A stretch of DNA of 64,000 nt from a virus. Lineage: Duplodnaviria; Caudoviricetes. Shown here piece after piece: positions 46,293-56,512 of this stretch. The translations under genes were made by a program, and so were the position numbers. The DNA lies in the IMG/VR virus record IMGVR_UViG_3300016371_000007, positions 1 to 64,000 of that record. One strand, written 5' to 3'. The stretch's first letter is position 1; each line of letters starts with the position of its first letter. Below the pieces are notes generated by a model, which ran no database searches, was not told where the DNA came from, and worked only from the letters and a program-made list of their open reading frames with translations.

Positions 46293-46568
46293 ATGTGCTT
46301 ATCCCCCTACAACGCCCCAGGAGCCATCCTCTGCGTAGACCGCTATCATAAGAGTCCCAAGGCACCAGGAACGCCAATCCGGCCCATGGCGCTGCCCCCT
46401 AGCCCCATTAGCTACGGCCCACCTACCCAGGCAGGCCGGTTCGTCTGCGGAGGTCCAAGCTCGACAGGTCCGTTCCTCTTCGGTTATATGGAAGGTATCA
46501 CCTGGAGTGCCCAGGTCTTCGGACGCATCTCCTCCGGTGGCACCGGGCAGAATCTGGGATTATCGTGA
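46293..46568 (+). CDS. small Pro/Gly-rich hypothetical protein
   Basis: 91 aa from ATG 46293; GTGA overlap with the next gene. Confidence 0.5.
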   Translation: MCLSPYNAPGAILCVDRYHKSPKAPGTPIRPMALPPSPISYGPPTQAGRFVCGGPSSTGPFLFGYMEGITWSAQVFGRISSGGTGQNLGLS

Positions 46569-47677
46569 AATGGATAGCAGTACTTTTGTTTCTTTTTCTG
46601 GCCTTGCTTGCTTATAGCCAGCATCCACCCCATCCGCCGCATCCACCGCATCCTCCACACCCACCACATCCTACTCCGACTCCTCCACATTCTACTCCGA
46701 GTCCTACGCATCCAGGCCAGCCGCATACAACTCCTCCGATTCCTGGCAAGCTGATCACCTTACAGCCGGGTCAAGATCCTAAGTCATTCATCCCGGCACT
46801 AGCACGGAACGCGAGGCGGCTTTCCCTGTCTTCTGAGCTTAATCTTGGACAACTAGAGACGCTCAGGAATATCCTGCTTTCTGAAGTTGGCTACGGAGGA
46901 CGCGAAATCGGGCTCTGGGCCGCGTCTCACGGCGATTTCGAGAAAGAGGAGGGTAGTTCACAGGTCGCGACAGAAGGCATCATCGTCGCAGCCGACAAAC
47001 GCTTATTCGATCACTTGGTAGTTGGGATTGCAGGCGGTTATAGTCACTCAGGCAGTAGCGATCTTGACCTCAACTCCGGCTGGGGAGGTGGATACCTTAT
47101 CATTTTTGGTAGCGGCTTTTACCTGAACCAGACGGCAATCGCAGGCGGCGACTACTTCTCAACCACGAGATCTGGATTGCTTGGCACGGCGAGAGCCAAT
47201 TCTAGCGGTTGGTTCTTCTCTGAAGTCGCTCAAGGAGGCTACAACGCGAAATGGAACAACCTCTCAATCGGTCCCTATGCGATGCTCCAGTACGCAATCG
47301 TCGGTAATGGAGCCTTCTCTGAAACTGGCTCAGATGCGCCGGTTACTGTTCATTCTGGAACACAGGGTTCCACCGTATCGGATCTTGGCACCGAGGCCTC
47401 TTACAACTGGAACAAGTTGACCTTCAAGCTCAGTCTAGCCTGGGAGCATGAGTACACCGATACGACTAGCTTCACTGAAGTGAACGTTGTCGGTATTCCC
47501 TCCAGCCTTACTACCGTCGCCGGGACCAGCCTCGGACATGACTCCATGATCGTCAACGCAGGCTTTTCTTATCAAGTAACGGAGCGTGCTTCCATTGGCC
47601 TTGGATACGCAGGGCAGATAGGCCGCAAGAACGAGGAGTCTAACAGTATAATAGGAAATATCCGACTTGGATTCTAG
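46565..47677 (+). CDS. autotransporter-type outer-membrane beta-barrel with signal peptide and His/Pro-repeat mini-passenger
   Basis: Signal peptide MKWIAVLLFLFLALLAYS, (HPP)5, then IGLWA...ADKR...GIAGGYS...GPYA.LQY...FSETG...AWEHEY...NAGFSY..., terminal Phe. Confidence 0.85.
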   Translation: MKWIAVLLFLFLALLAYSQHPPHPPHPPHPPHPPHPTPTPPHSTPSPTHPGQPHTTPPIPGKLITLQPGQDPKSFIPALARNARRLSLSSELNLGQLETLRNILLSEVGYGGREIGLWAASHGDFEKEEGSSQVATEGIIVAADKRLFDHLVVGIAGGYSHSGSSDLDLNSGWGGGYLIIFGSGFYLNQTAIAGGDYFSTTRSGLLGTARANSSGWFFSEVAQGGYNAKWNNLSIGPYAMLQYAIVGNGAFSETGSDAPVTVHSGTQGSTVSDLGTEASYNWNKLTFKLSLAWEHEYTDTTSFTEVNVVGIPSSLTTVAGTSLGHDSMIVNAGFSYQVTERASIGLGYAGQIGRKNEESNSIIGNIRLGF

Positions 47678-47700
47678 CCCAATAGTGTTAAAAGCTTCCC

Positions 47701-47997
47701 ATGAGCACGCGCAGCTCACGGAGGGAAGCCTACCTCGCAAACATGCGACAGTACCGGGTGAAATGGCTCCTGGAAGAGGTCACCGGCCTATTTCGCTTTA
47801 TCGAACAGTTCCCCTGCGAGGGGAAAGAACCTCACCAGATCGTAGACCAGTACCTGAGCTACCTGGATACGCTGGATAAGCTGGAAGCGGAGGGATGCCG
47901 CCGTCACGTTAACGGCGGCTCCGAGGCCGGTGAATTGGTGGCGTCTCGTCAGACGAGCCCCCGACCTCTGTGCGGTCCCTCGCCGCGACATCTTTAA
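47701..47997 (+). CDS. small hypothetical protein, last rightward late gene
   Basis: 98-aa ORF converging with 47994-48764. Confidence 0.4.
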   Translation: MSTRSSRREAYLANMRQYRVKWLLEEVTGLFRFIEQFPCEGKEPHQIVDQYLSYLDTLDKLEAEGCRRHVNGGSEAGELVASRQTSPRPLCGPSPRHL

Positions 47998-48764
47998 TTG
48001 GGATATGGGATCCCATACTCCTGGCAAAAGCGTTTCACGTCCTCCTGCTGCACATCCGGGTACTCAGTTGAGATCCGGGCCACCATCTCAAAGGCCTGCT
48101 GCCAGAGCACCATGTAGTCCGGTTCCTGTTTGATGTGCTCCTTGATCAGCTTGCGCCACGCTCTGCCGAAGGCCTTCTGGAATGGGGTATAGATCTTCCC
48201 CGCCTTTAGCTCCAGCTTATCGTTGGCCTTGAGGTCCGACATTATCTGCCGGTGAATCATGGTGTCTTCTGCCCCAGGGAAAGCGATGGTCTTCTTATCC
48301 TGGGGCTGCTGCCTCGATTTAGGCTGCCTGAGTAACATCTGCGGCTGTGTCTCCGGTGCGCTGTGGGCAATCATTTCTGCGGTCGAGATACTGACCTTGC
48401 CCTCGTTCAGGGCTTCGATCACCGGCTGGGTTGCGTTCTTAGCGATGTAGGCGAGCCGTGCCCGGTTGCGTACACTCTTGGCTTCAATACTCATGTAGTC
48501 TTCGGTCTGAGCCAGGGCCTCCGCGAGTGCCAAATCGGACCTCATGTCCAGTTTGGCACGATTCTTATAGAGCCGGAGGTAACGTCTGGCATGTCTGTCG
48601 GTAAAAATTAGGTTCTCTTTGATCCACGGCATCCATTGGCCATGCGCCAACTTTTTCCTGCGCTTGGCCAGTAGCTCTCCGATCCGAATCGCCTTCTGCA
48701 AGATCGTCTCGGTAGCCTTGGCTACCTCGGTATGCAGCTGGTTGATCTCTTCGGCATCACTCAT
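47994..48764 (-). CDS. DUF3102-like domain protein
   Basis: KAIRIGELLAKRRKKLAHGQWMPWIKENLIFTDRHARRYLRLY matches the DUF3102 pattern. Confidence 0.7.
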   Translation of the reverse strand: MSDAEEINQLHTEVAKATETILQKAIRIGELLAKRRKKLAHGQWMPWIKENLIFTDRHARRYLRLYKNRAKLDMRSDLALAEALAQTEDYMSIEAKSVRNRARLAYIAKNATQPVIEALNEGKVSISTAEMIAHSAPETQPQMLLRQPKSRQQPQDKKTIAFPGAEDTMIHRQIMSDLKANDKLELKAGKIYTPFQKAFGRAWRKLIKEHIKQEPDYMVLWQQAFEMVARISTEYPDVQQEDVKRFCQEYGIPYPN

Positions 48765-49387
48765 TATTCACCTTCGGCTTCTTTCTTGCGCCGAGCCTGC
48801 CGTTCCCGAGTCAGCTCCCGAGCCCGCACCTTGGCTTTCTTGGTCTCGATGATCTGGTCATAAGCCTGATGCCAAGTCACTTTGTACTCATCAAACCACT
48901 CCTGGATGGTCTCCATGGTGATCAGGTCCCAGTAGTCCTTGGCTAACTTCCCTAAGAAACTGAACGCCTCGTTGTAGGCCCGCTCCCGCAGTTCCGCTAT
49001 TGCGCTCTTCGGCTTCTCCTGGGCGAGCAACTTGTCCACCTTCAAGGCCCGGTCCACCCGGCGCTTACCCACCGCCTTGTCGTTACGCAGCGCCCGGTGG
49101 TAGAGATTCCCCCGTGGCCCCTGTTCGTCCTTCTTGATGATTCCGGCGACACTGAAGGCACGCTGGATATCTCCATAGACGTGCTGGTTAAACGGCTGCC
49201 GGGAGTTGCGCCACCGAGCGATAAACTCTTCCTGGTCACCATCGGTCAGATCCCATTCCCGAATCGTGGTGACGATGTCCTGCCACGAGGTCTCTACATT
49301 GTGGGTGGCTAAGGTCTGTGCGCCAACGTACTGATAGTACTGCTGGAACTTTACGATGAGCTTATCGCTCTGAGTGGGGGTGATCAT
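48764..49387 (-). CDS. hypothetical protein
   Basis: 207 aa; coupled to 47994-48764; promoter-like TTGCGC-N16-TATACT upstream on the minus strand. Confidence 0.6.
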   Translation of the reverse strand: MITPTQSDKLIVKFQQYYQYVGAQTLATHNVETSWQDIVTTIREWDLTDGDQEEFIARWRNSRQPFNQHVYGDIQRAFSVAGIIKKDEQGPRGNLYHRALRNDKAVGKRRVDRALKVDKLLAQEKPKSAIAELRERAYNEAFSFLGKLAKDYWDLITMETIQEWFDEYKVTWHQAYDQIIETKKAKVRARELTRERQARRKKEAEGE

Positions 49388-49439
49388 ATCATTGCCATCC
49401 AGTATAACTTAAATATAACGATGCGCAACGTTTTTCTTT

Positions 49440-50576
49440 TCAGGGCTTTATGTCCGGGTCCTGGTCATCAGGACCAAGCGTTGTGTAAGGCTCGATCCAA
49501 ATCAGCTTTCGCTCCCCTCTCTTCATGCCGTACACCTGACGCTTCCAGTGGCCCGCCACCCAGTGCTTCGGAAGTTTGCGCCCGGTGAAGGTGGCCTCGT
49601 GATAGTGCGTTGTTTTCGAGCTGGGCCGGTACTGGCTTTTGCCCACAAACTTCGCGGGCCACAGGCCTGGGATAATCCGGTCATTGATCTGCCGGACCTT
49701 CCGTAAAGGGTCTGCCTCCTTCACCTCGTACTCCAGGGGAACACTCCCCATGAACAAGAGCACCATCACCGCTAAGTGCTCCATCCGCGCTAAGAGCTGG
49801 TCATCGGTCGAGTCACAGGTCGAGCCGGTAGTAAAATGACCGCCAACCTGGATGTCCTTTATCTTCCGTCCCTCGAATGGCCGCACCACACCATAGTTGA
49901 GACCTGGATCCATGTTGATGTCGCCACTGAGCTGCGAGCACACCACCATCCCGTCTTTCTCGAAGACGGGGGTCGGGATATCCCGCATCTTCAGCCGCCC
50001 ATACATCAGAGCGAAGTTCGACAGCTCATGGGTCATCTCCGGGGAGAGCTGACTTAGCTCGCCCGCCTTGGCCTTGGCGATATCTAAGAACATCGCATCC
50101 CGCTCCTCCTGGCCGTCACGCTGGATCGTGATCAGCCCCTTGGGCAGCATGATCCGCATGCTCGCTCTCCTCCAGTGGATGTCGTCCGTCTCCAGATCCC
50201 CCGGCATCTTGGTGCACATCAACTTCTGGCCCAGCTCCCGCTCTAAAAAGTATATTGGGCGCTGATCCTTCATGGCCAGGATCGAGGTCAGATACATCAG
50301 CCGGATGATGTGATCCGGGCTAGCGCCGTAGTCCCCGGCCACGTAAGTGCTCAGGAAAAAGCCGAAGATGTGATCCAGGCTTTCCTGGTTGTAATAATCA
50401 ACCTGCCGGAAGTTGGGCAGGATGTAGCGCTTGCCAGTGATCGCCATCCAGGTGATCGGGCAGGCCTGGGCGATCCGGGCCGCAAGACCCTTGAAATCCT
50501 TCTCCGTGATCGCCTTGTGGCTTCTAACGTTCGACCGGGCCTGTCCGTGGCCAGGGCTAATTGATTCAATGCTCAT
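49440..50576 (-). CDS. hypothetical phage protein with C-terminal HWVAGHWKRQ...KLIWIEPY motif
   Basis: 378 aa; the C-terminal H..RGHW-type motif is widespread in phage proteins of unknown function. Confidence 0.65.
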   Translation of the reverse strand: MSIESISPGHGQARSNVRSHKAITEKDFKGLAARIAQACPITWMAITGKRYILPNFRQVDYYNQESLDHIFGFFLSTYVAGDYGASPDHIIRLMYLTSILAMKDQRPIYFLERELGQKLMCTKMPGDLETDDIHWRRASMRIMLPKGLITIQRDGQEERDAMFLDIAKAKAGELSQLSPEMTHELSNFALMYGRLKMRDIPTPVFEKDGMVVCSQLSGDINMDPGLNYGVVRPFEGRKIKDIQVGGHFTTGSTCDSTDDQLLARMEHLAVMVLLFMGSVPLEYEVKEADPLRKVRQINDRIIPGLWPAKFVGKSQYRPSSKTTHYHEATFTGRKLPKHWVAGHWKRQVYGMKRGERKLIWIEPYTTLGPDDQDPDIKP

Positions 50577-50581
50577 GCCGA

Positions 50582-50764
50582 TTATTTTACTTTATCGGCA
50601 GAGAGAGTACAAGCAGTATTTATCCTATGACGTTTTCGCTTCAGGTAGCTCCGGGCCAGGATCGCTTTCCAGCGTTCTGGGTTGGCTAATCGCCAGCGCT
50701 TCCGTGCCTCGGCGCGGGCCGCCTCGCGTTCCTCTTGGGTGTGGTATTTGCGAGGACGGCCCAT
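50582..50764 (-). CDS. AT-hook (GRPRK) small basic DNA-binding protein
   Basis: MGRPRKY...RKRWRLANPERWKAI. Confidence 0.65.
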   Translation of the reverse strand: MGRPRKYHTQEEREAARAEARKRWRLANPERWKAILARSYLKRKRHRINTACTLSADKVK

Positions 50765-50767
50765 AGG

Positions 50768-50983
50768 CTAAACCACCTTAAGGACCGGGGTCTCTCCCAG
50801 GTCTAGCGGTGGGAACGACAAAATTGACCTTCTTCCTCGGCGCTTCTTATCCGCTCGCTTCTGGATAGCACGCCACCTTTCCGGGTTCTTATCTCTCCAC
50901 TTCTTTGCCCAACGTCGCCGTGCTGCAAGGAGCTGATCCTTGGTCCGATACTTCCTCGGTCGGCCTCGGCTTCGTTTAATCAT
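50768..50983 (-). CDS. AT-hook small basic DNA-binding protein, paralog
   Basis: RGRPRKY...KKWRDKNPERWRAI. Confidence 0.65.
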   Translation of the reverse strand: MIKRSRGRPRKYRTKDQLLAARRRWAKKWRDKNPERWRAIQKRADKKRRGRRSILSFPPLDLGETPVLKVV

Positions 50984-51223
50984 AGCTTACTATTAAACTG
51001 TATTGGCCTGAAGCACAAGCGGGCCGGATACTGAATCGTACCCGACCCGACATGCACATGAATCAATACCCCGCGAAGAAGGTCGCAACGCTAGGCAACT
51101 CTCATCCTTGCCCATATAGTAAAAATTGTCAACTCGGATCCACGCGCCCCCGAGAGCAAATGGTTTGTCTCTGAGGATTATGGACAATGTTAAAGAACAG
51201 ATCCCTCGGAGACGCGCAAAACT

Positions 51224-53121
51224 TCATAGTGAACTCTTCCCAGTCCCAGGCGGGATGTAGTTCTCTAACCACCGGAAATAGATCGCCTCGGCCTGGGCCG
51301 GTGTAACATTAAGACCAAAGCTCTCCCGGATAAACTTGGCTAACGCTACCGGCCCGCTCATCTTCTTGCCGTCGATCCGAAAGGTCTGGTTCTCCTCGTC
51401 CAGTTCCCAGTTGTGGCCGTCATCAGTTATGATCTTTTCCCAGCTCATCTTTCTTCTTCTTCTTGTCGCGAGAACGTTTCTGGATCTCTAGCCAGCGCTC
51501 CCGGTGCGCCCGTCGCCACTTGGTCGCCCGTCTGGCCTCGCGAGCTTTACGCTCCTCTTTAGTTAGCGCCCGAGGCCTGCCTGCTTTAGCCATCTGGATA
51601 GAGGCTCCGGCCCTCCTTATCTTTGATCTCACCCCGGTCATAGCGGCACTGCAAGTGCTGGATCTCAGTCGCGTCCTGGACCGTCAGCTCAATCGCTTGA
51701 TCTATGGCTAAGAGTTCCTCGTAGGTCACCGGCCCTTTGTTGTGGTACACCGCCAAGAGCGGTTCACACTCCGGCCAGTACACCAAGAGGTAAGCACAGT
51801 AGGCATCCAGGGTGATATCTTTAACCATAAACATCTTGTGGCTCACCCCCAGGGCCTTTAGCCGGTCATACTCCGTCCATCCGTATAACCAGCTCCCGGG
51901 CATCCCCCTGGCCTCAATGATCACCGGCGTCCCCGCTCTCCCAGCCCCAGGCTCGATGTTCATCAGTTGTCCCCTAGCCCCGGAGGACACGCTAGCGCCT
52001 CCGGCTGCTTCTTAGGCTTTAACATCGTCGCCTCCCCTACCTCTAACCAGATCGACCCGTTGTCCCAGGCATCGATAATCTCCCAGGTGATCTCCTCATT
52101 CTCCTCGGCCTCCTTTAAGGCCTCCGGCCTCACGATCACGCTCAAGAGCCCCGTTTGAGCCAGCCGCTCGATCAAGGGCAGATACTTCTCAATCACCGGC
52201 CCCTTCAATGCCACGTACTCGTCAAACACATGCCCCGGCGTCATCTCCCCCAAGTGCTGGATCACGGCGTTTAATTCCACTAGCCGCCATAGCCGCTCCT
52301 CTTCACTCATCGTTTCTTTCACCACCTCCTGCATCGCTTCCCTCACCGGATCATTCATAGCGCCCCCTTCCCACTCCCAGGCTTAATCGTGTCTAACGCT
52401 TCTCTAATCGCCTTATCCACCTTCTCCTTCTCAATCTCCCCTAGAGGATTGCACTGCTTCTTAAACGCCTCGATATCCTCAGGGTTATTCCTGTCCACTA
52501 ACCCCTGAGCAAATACCGCCCGCATGTGCGCCACTATTGAGTCCCAGTCCCGCTGCGCCTGCCACAACGCCCGCAAATATTCCCGGCGACTCGCCGCCTC
52601 TTCCCGGATCGCCTTCGCTAGCTTCTTATTCATCCTTCTTCTCCTTCCCCCCTTCCAATACCGTCCGTATCAGGCATAGCTCATCACAGATACTCTTTAA
52701 GGCCTCTATCAATTCCCCATGCCTCACCTCACGCTTCGAGCGCTTCACCTTCTTTACTTCTTTTATCGCCTCACTCATTTCTTTCCCCCCATCCTCTCGT
52801 AACTCCTCCTCCAATGCCCAGCTACCCACTTCCCATCCTTACGCTTCCTCGGTGTCACCCACACCGCCTTCCCCTCCGGCTTCCGCTCTTTAGTCGCCTT
52901 CTTCAGCTCTTCATTCATATATCCCTATTTCTATCCTATTAGGCTTTATCGGTCAAGCACGTTATATCTAGCCCCACCTCCACCCCCCGCTTCCTAGCAC
53001 GATACTCCCGCTGCTCCTTCGCCCATATCATCTGCTGCAACCGCTTCGACCGCCCAGCCCTCAGTCTCCTCATCCGCTCCCTCTGCTTCGCTAATTCTTT
53101 CTTCGTCCTACGCACAGACAT
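51224..53121 (-). other. small leftward hypothetical ORFs (51224-51448, 51586-51963, 51963-52358, 52355-52633, 52626-52778, 52939-53121)
   Basis: Overlapping start/stop chain; no family recognised. Confidence 0.55.
51423..51593 (-). CDS. AT-hook small basic DNA-binding protein, paralog
   Basis: MAKAGRPRA...TKWRRAHRERWLEI; start ATG 51593. Confidence 0.6.
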   Translation of the reverse strand: MAKAGRPRALTKEERKAREARRATKWRRAHRERWLEIQKRSRDKKKKKDELGKDHN

Positions 53122-53230
53122 GGTAATACCACCTCCTCCTAGAGGACTTGCTTTTTCTTACTACGCACAGACAGTACTACCACCTCCAAGGCCATGACCA
53201 CCCTTTTTATAAAATGTAGAGCCACCACTT

Positions 53231-53407
53231 CGGAGGGTGGGCAATGCGCTTGGCGCTTCACCGCAGCGGGCAATGCCCCCCGGCAAATGCCGCGTAATGC
53301 GGGGAGGGCCACCCTCCGGCCCGCCGCCAGCGGACGGAGCCCATGTGGGGAACCTGCCCCGCTGGCTGATGACATGACAGCACGCTGTCAAGTACCTAGC
53401 ACTGCTA
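53231..53407. other. non-coding hairpin/repeat cluster; candidate replication origin or genome-end region
   Basis: 10-bp inverted repeat 53231-53240/53309-53318, several mini-hairpins, four AATGC repeats, palindromes TGACAG-N4-CTGTCA (53375-53390) and TAGCACTGCTA (53397-53407). Confidence 0.4.
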
Positions 53408-53637
53408 TTTTTGTTTACTGGCAGCGGCTATTTTATATTACACCCATTGTATGATGTTATGACTCCACGACTGTGGCAAGGTCCTCAGCACCAACGACTT
53501 ATGTGGCTCGCACAGATCGACGGCCTGCTGGCTGTCGCCAGGGCTCGCGAGCGCGGCGAACCGTGGTGGATGCTCGATGTGCGCAGGGCGCAGGCGCGGA
53601 TCGCCGCGTTGCGCCGGGGCGCGGCCCGGTCTCGCGA

Positions 53638-54931
53638 TCAGGCTGGCGGAGCTTGAGAAGGAGCAGCGCAACCATTGGATCTGTTAGCCCGAATGAACGA
53701 GCGCAGGCTGGCCCCGTAACACTCACGGGTGCAGTAGAATCCGCGTGTTTGGTTGCCACCTTTGGTCCAACTGGGTTTGGCTCTGAAGGGTTTGCCACAG
53801 TGCTGGCATTTGACGATCATGGTCTGAACTCCTTGAGCATCTTGAGGATATCGCGTTTGATCTTTTGAGCTTCCTGGGCACCGAGGCCTTCGTAGTCTGC
53901 TATGAGGTTGATGAGTTGGTCAGCGAACTGCTCGTCTGAGATACGTTGTTGGCTCATGTGAGTGGTGAGATGCGGCCTGAGTTATTCAGAGGTGTAGTGA
54001 AGCCTGGGTGCTGGATGAACTCTTCGAGCGCTGCGTCGATCAACTTGTCATTATTCCGAGGTGGCCGCCAGTAGAAGTGCGGGGATACGCCGCCCATGAG
54101 ATGTTTAAAATCTTGAGGGCTGAGGTCCTCTTTGGGATCAAGCTCGTAGACCTTGCGCCAGGAGACTTTGCCGCTGCCTGGGGGGATAGATGGGTTCATG
54201 TGAGTTTGAATTCTTTGCGGATATGGTCTGGTTGCTTGTCTAGGGTTGCCCAGGGAGGCGTGTGTTCGCCAACTATGACTTCAATTCCTGGTTCGACCAT
54301 AGAATAGACCAACCCGCATTTGGGGCAGGTTGGATAGTCTGATTCGTAAGCCACATCGGTGTGGCAGCGGACGCATTTGAAAGTCATGTGAGTTTGAGTC
54401 TACCCAGGATCAGATCGTCATCGGCTTCGTCGATGTTATCGATCAGCTCTGTGATATCGAGCCAGTCATGTTCGAAGAAATTCATTGCGCCGCTCAAGAG
54501 GTGCATGACGACGGTCATCGTTCCGGGCTGGTCCTTTTCCGATACATCGATGATAGCGAAGTCGCGTACCAGCGTGTAGGGATCGCCTTTCTGGTCTAGC
54601 ATGGCGATTAGTCCGTCCTCGAGCGAGCCGAAGTGCCTGATCAGGTCCTGATGCAGCTGATGGGTTTGATAGCGGCTGATCAGATTTTCGCTTTTGCCGG
54701 TGCCTGGGGTGAGGTTCATGCCGCGTCTTCCTCCTGGACTGGCGCTAAGCCCGCTTGTGCTCGCCGCTCGTTGGCGTAGTTAGTCATGGCTGTGTAGAAC
54801 ACATCGGCGGCCTCACAGCACTTGATTGCTAACTTCTCCATGTCTTTGCGCTTCATGCCGGGTTCGATGTGTTTGTGGTAAAGGTCTTCTGCCATTTCAT
54901 TTGCGGTCATTTGCGTTTGAACTTGTTGCAC
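53638..54931 (-). other. small leftward ORFs (53638-53820 Cys4 zinc finger; 53954-54199; 54196-54387 zinc ribbon; 54384-54719; 54716-54931)
   Basis: CQHC...YCTREC and CVRC...CPKC motifs; 4-nt overlaps between most neighbours. Confidence 0.6.
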
Positions 54932-55083
54932 CAGCCCTCTGCTCGTATTTCGCCTCGGACGATCTCGCAGGCGCTAGGCTTAACGAAGTGAGTGCACTTG
55001 CCGCACTGTTGGGCTTTCATGTGCGCTTCGGGCGTGTACTCAGTTTCCTTCTTTGAGAGGCGTGTCATGCCGGTAAAGAGTAA

Positions 55084-55668
55084 TCACTCCTTGGGCAAGT
55101 CGTCAACCAAGCGATTGATCCCAGGTAAAACGTTCACAATCCACGCTTGCACGCTGTCGATGTGAGCGGCTCTGGTTGGTTCTGGGCTGGGCTCAGCTCC
55201 GGTGAGCTTGGCCCGGTGCTGGAGGGCTTTAAGTACCACTGTCGCCGCTTTGTCGTCGCCAGCCCGAGCTGCCGGTAGGTAACTGGCGATGAGCTGGTCG
55301 ATCCGGTTGAGATCCAGATTACGGTTGAGGTCCAAGTTGGCGCGTAGGTCTTCATGGATAGCCGCATGTACCTCCGCTATCAGCTGCTTGGCAAGCTCGA
55401 TTGAACAACCCATTTGATGGGCGACATCGATTATCGGCGTGCCGTTGACCCGTGCGTCCCAGGCCGCTAGCGCCTCCCTGGTGGGCTCGATGCCTTGGAC
55501 CTCGATAAGTGCCTGGGTATGTGGCGCTGGCGCGTCTACAGGCAATTGTGTGCGTTCCTTGAGGCGTTTAGAGACTGGGCCGTCCGGCCAGCGGCCTTTA
55601 CGCTTCTTATCCTGGGCAGCCAGATCGCCCAAAAGCTTTTGCAGTGCGGGATCAGGTTGTTCACTCAT
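55084..55668 (-). CDS. HTH protein resembling putative terminase small subunits
   Basis: A..ARV.G..I.DVA.QMG.S...RIDQL...ARAGD.KA..VVLK..QHRAKLTG pattern seen in TerS-like phage proteins. Confidence 0.5.
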   Translation of the reverse strand: MSEQPDPALQKLLGDLAAQDKKRKGRWPDGPVSKRLKERTQLPVDAPAPHTQALIEVQGIEPTREALAAWDARVNGTPIIDVAHQMGCSIELAKQLIAEVHAAIHEDLRANLDLNRNLDLNRIDQLIASYLPAARAGDDKAATVVLKALQHRAKLTGAEPSPEPTRAAHIDSVQAWIVNVLPGINRLVDDLPKE

Positions 55669-55778
55669 ATTTGAAAACGTTGCGCATATTCCGTTATGGT
55701 TTAGATTGCGTTGATAATGAACGACTTACGGTTACGAAATTGTAACATTGGCGTAAGAATAAAATTATATTGGGCGTT

Positions 55779-55829
55779 TGAAAATAGGTGTAGATTTTCA
55801 TTGTACTGGAAACGATTTTGCGTTATATC
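55779..55829 (+). promoter_or_regulatory. early promoter with TGAA-N14-TTCA operator
   Basis: TGAAAAT-N8-ATTTTCA (55779-55800), then TTGTAC-N17-TATATC. Confidence 0.55.
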
Positions 55830-55838
55830 TTGGTCACC

Positions 55839-56312
55839 ATGAACCAAGCCACTCTAGAACAAACCCACAGATTCACTTCTATCGAGGACGCTAAGGCGTT
55901 CGCATTAGCCGGTAACGCGCTTATCACGCTCGAGAGCTTACGCTCCGGCGCTCACTTCACCTACAAGATTCGTAAGCCGGACGCCGAAGAGCAGGCCGAG
56001 AAGCACATGCGCTCTGACGTGTGGTTTGTGAAACTCCTCACGTCCGGCTCAGCGGATGAGGGGGAATTCACGTACCTGGGCATGATCCGCGACGGTCAGT
56101 TCATTCTGACTCGCGCTTCCAAAGCCCTGCCGAGCAGCCCTAGCGTCAAGGCCCTCTGCTTCTTCTTTGATTCCACCACACTGCACCCGGAGCTGGTGGT
56201 GCGGCACGAAATGCACTGCGGTCGCTGTGGCCGCACGCTCACTGTCCCCGAAAGCATCGACCGGGGAATTGGTCCCGAATGCGCACGCATCATGGAAGGA
56301 GGGCTGAACTAA
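55839..56312 (+). CDS. DUF6011-like zinc-binding protein
   Basis: CGRCGRTLTVPESIDRGIGPEC C-terminal motif. Confidence 0.75.
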   Translation: MNQATLEQTHRFTSIEDAKAFALAGNALITLESLRSGAHFTYKIRKPDAEEQAEKHMRSDVWFVKLLTSGSADEGEFTYLGMIRDGQFILTRASKALPSSPSVKALCFFFDSTTLHPELVVRHEMHCGRCGRTLTVPESIDRGIGPECARIMEGGLN

Positions 56313-56512
56313 TGCAAACCCTACTCAACCGAATGACTGAATACGAATACGAAATAATGAGGGACGATATCCTGGGCAGGGATTACACCCGAGACCACAA
56401 GGACTGGTACATGTACCAGTGGCTCGCAGGGCGGCCCACTACCTTTTACCAGTGCACTGAGCGCTGGTATCGCAGCCCAAAGGGTCGGATCGAGTTCTAT
56501 TGGCCCATCTAA
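56312..56512 (+). CDS. small hypothetical protein
   Basis: TAATG-coupled, 66 aa. Confidence 0.5.
   Translation: MQTLLNRMTEYEYEIMRDDILGRDYTRDHKDWYMYQWLAGRPTTFYQCTERWYRSPKGRIEFYWPI

Noticed and set aside
53231-53320. tRNA-like cloverleaf
   Set aside because: No T-loop GTTCRA, D-loop or acceptor-stem geometry; treated as an origin-like hairpin cluster instead.
53954-54719. P-loop NTPases suggested by PGTGKS/PGSGK
   Set aside because: Proteins are too short and lack the preceding beta-strand, Walker B and the rest of the fold.
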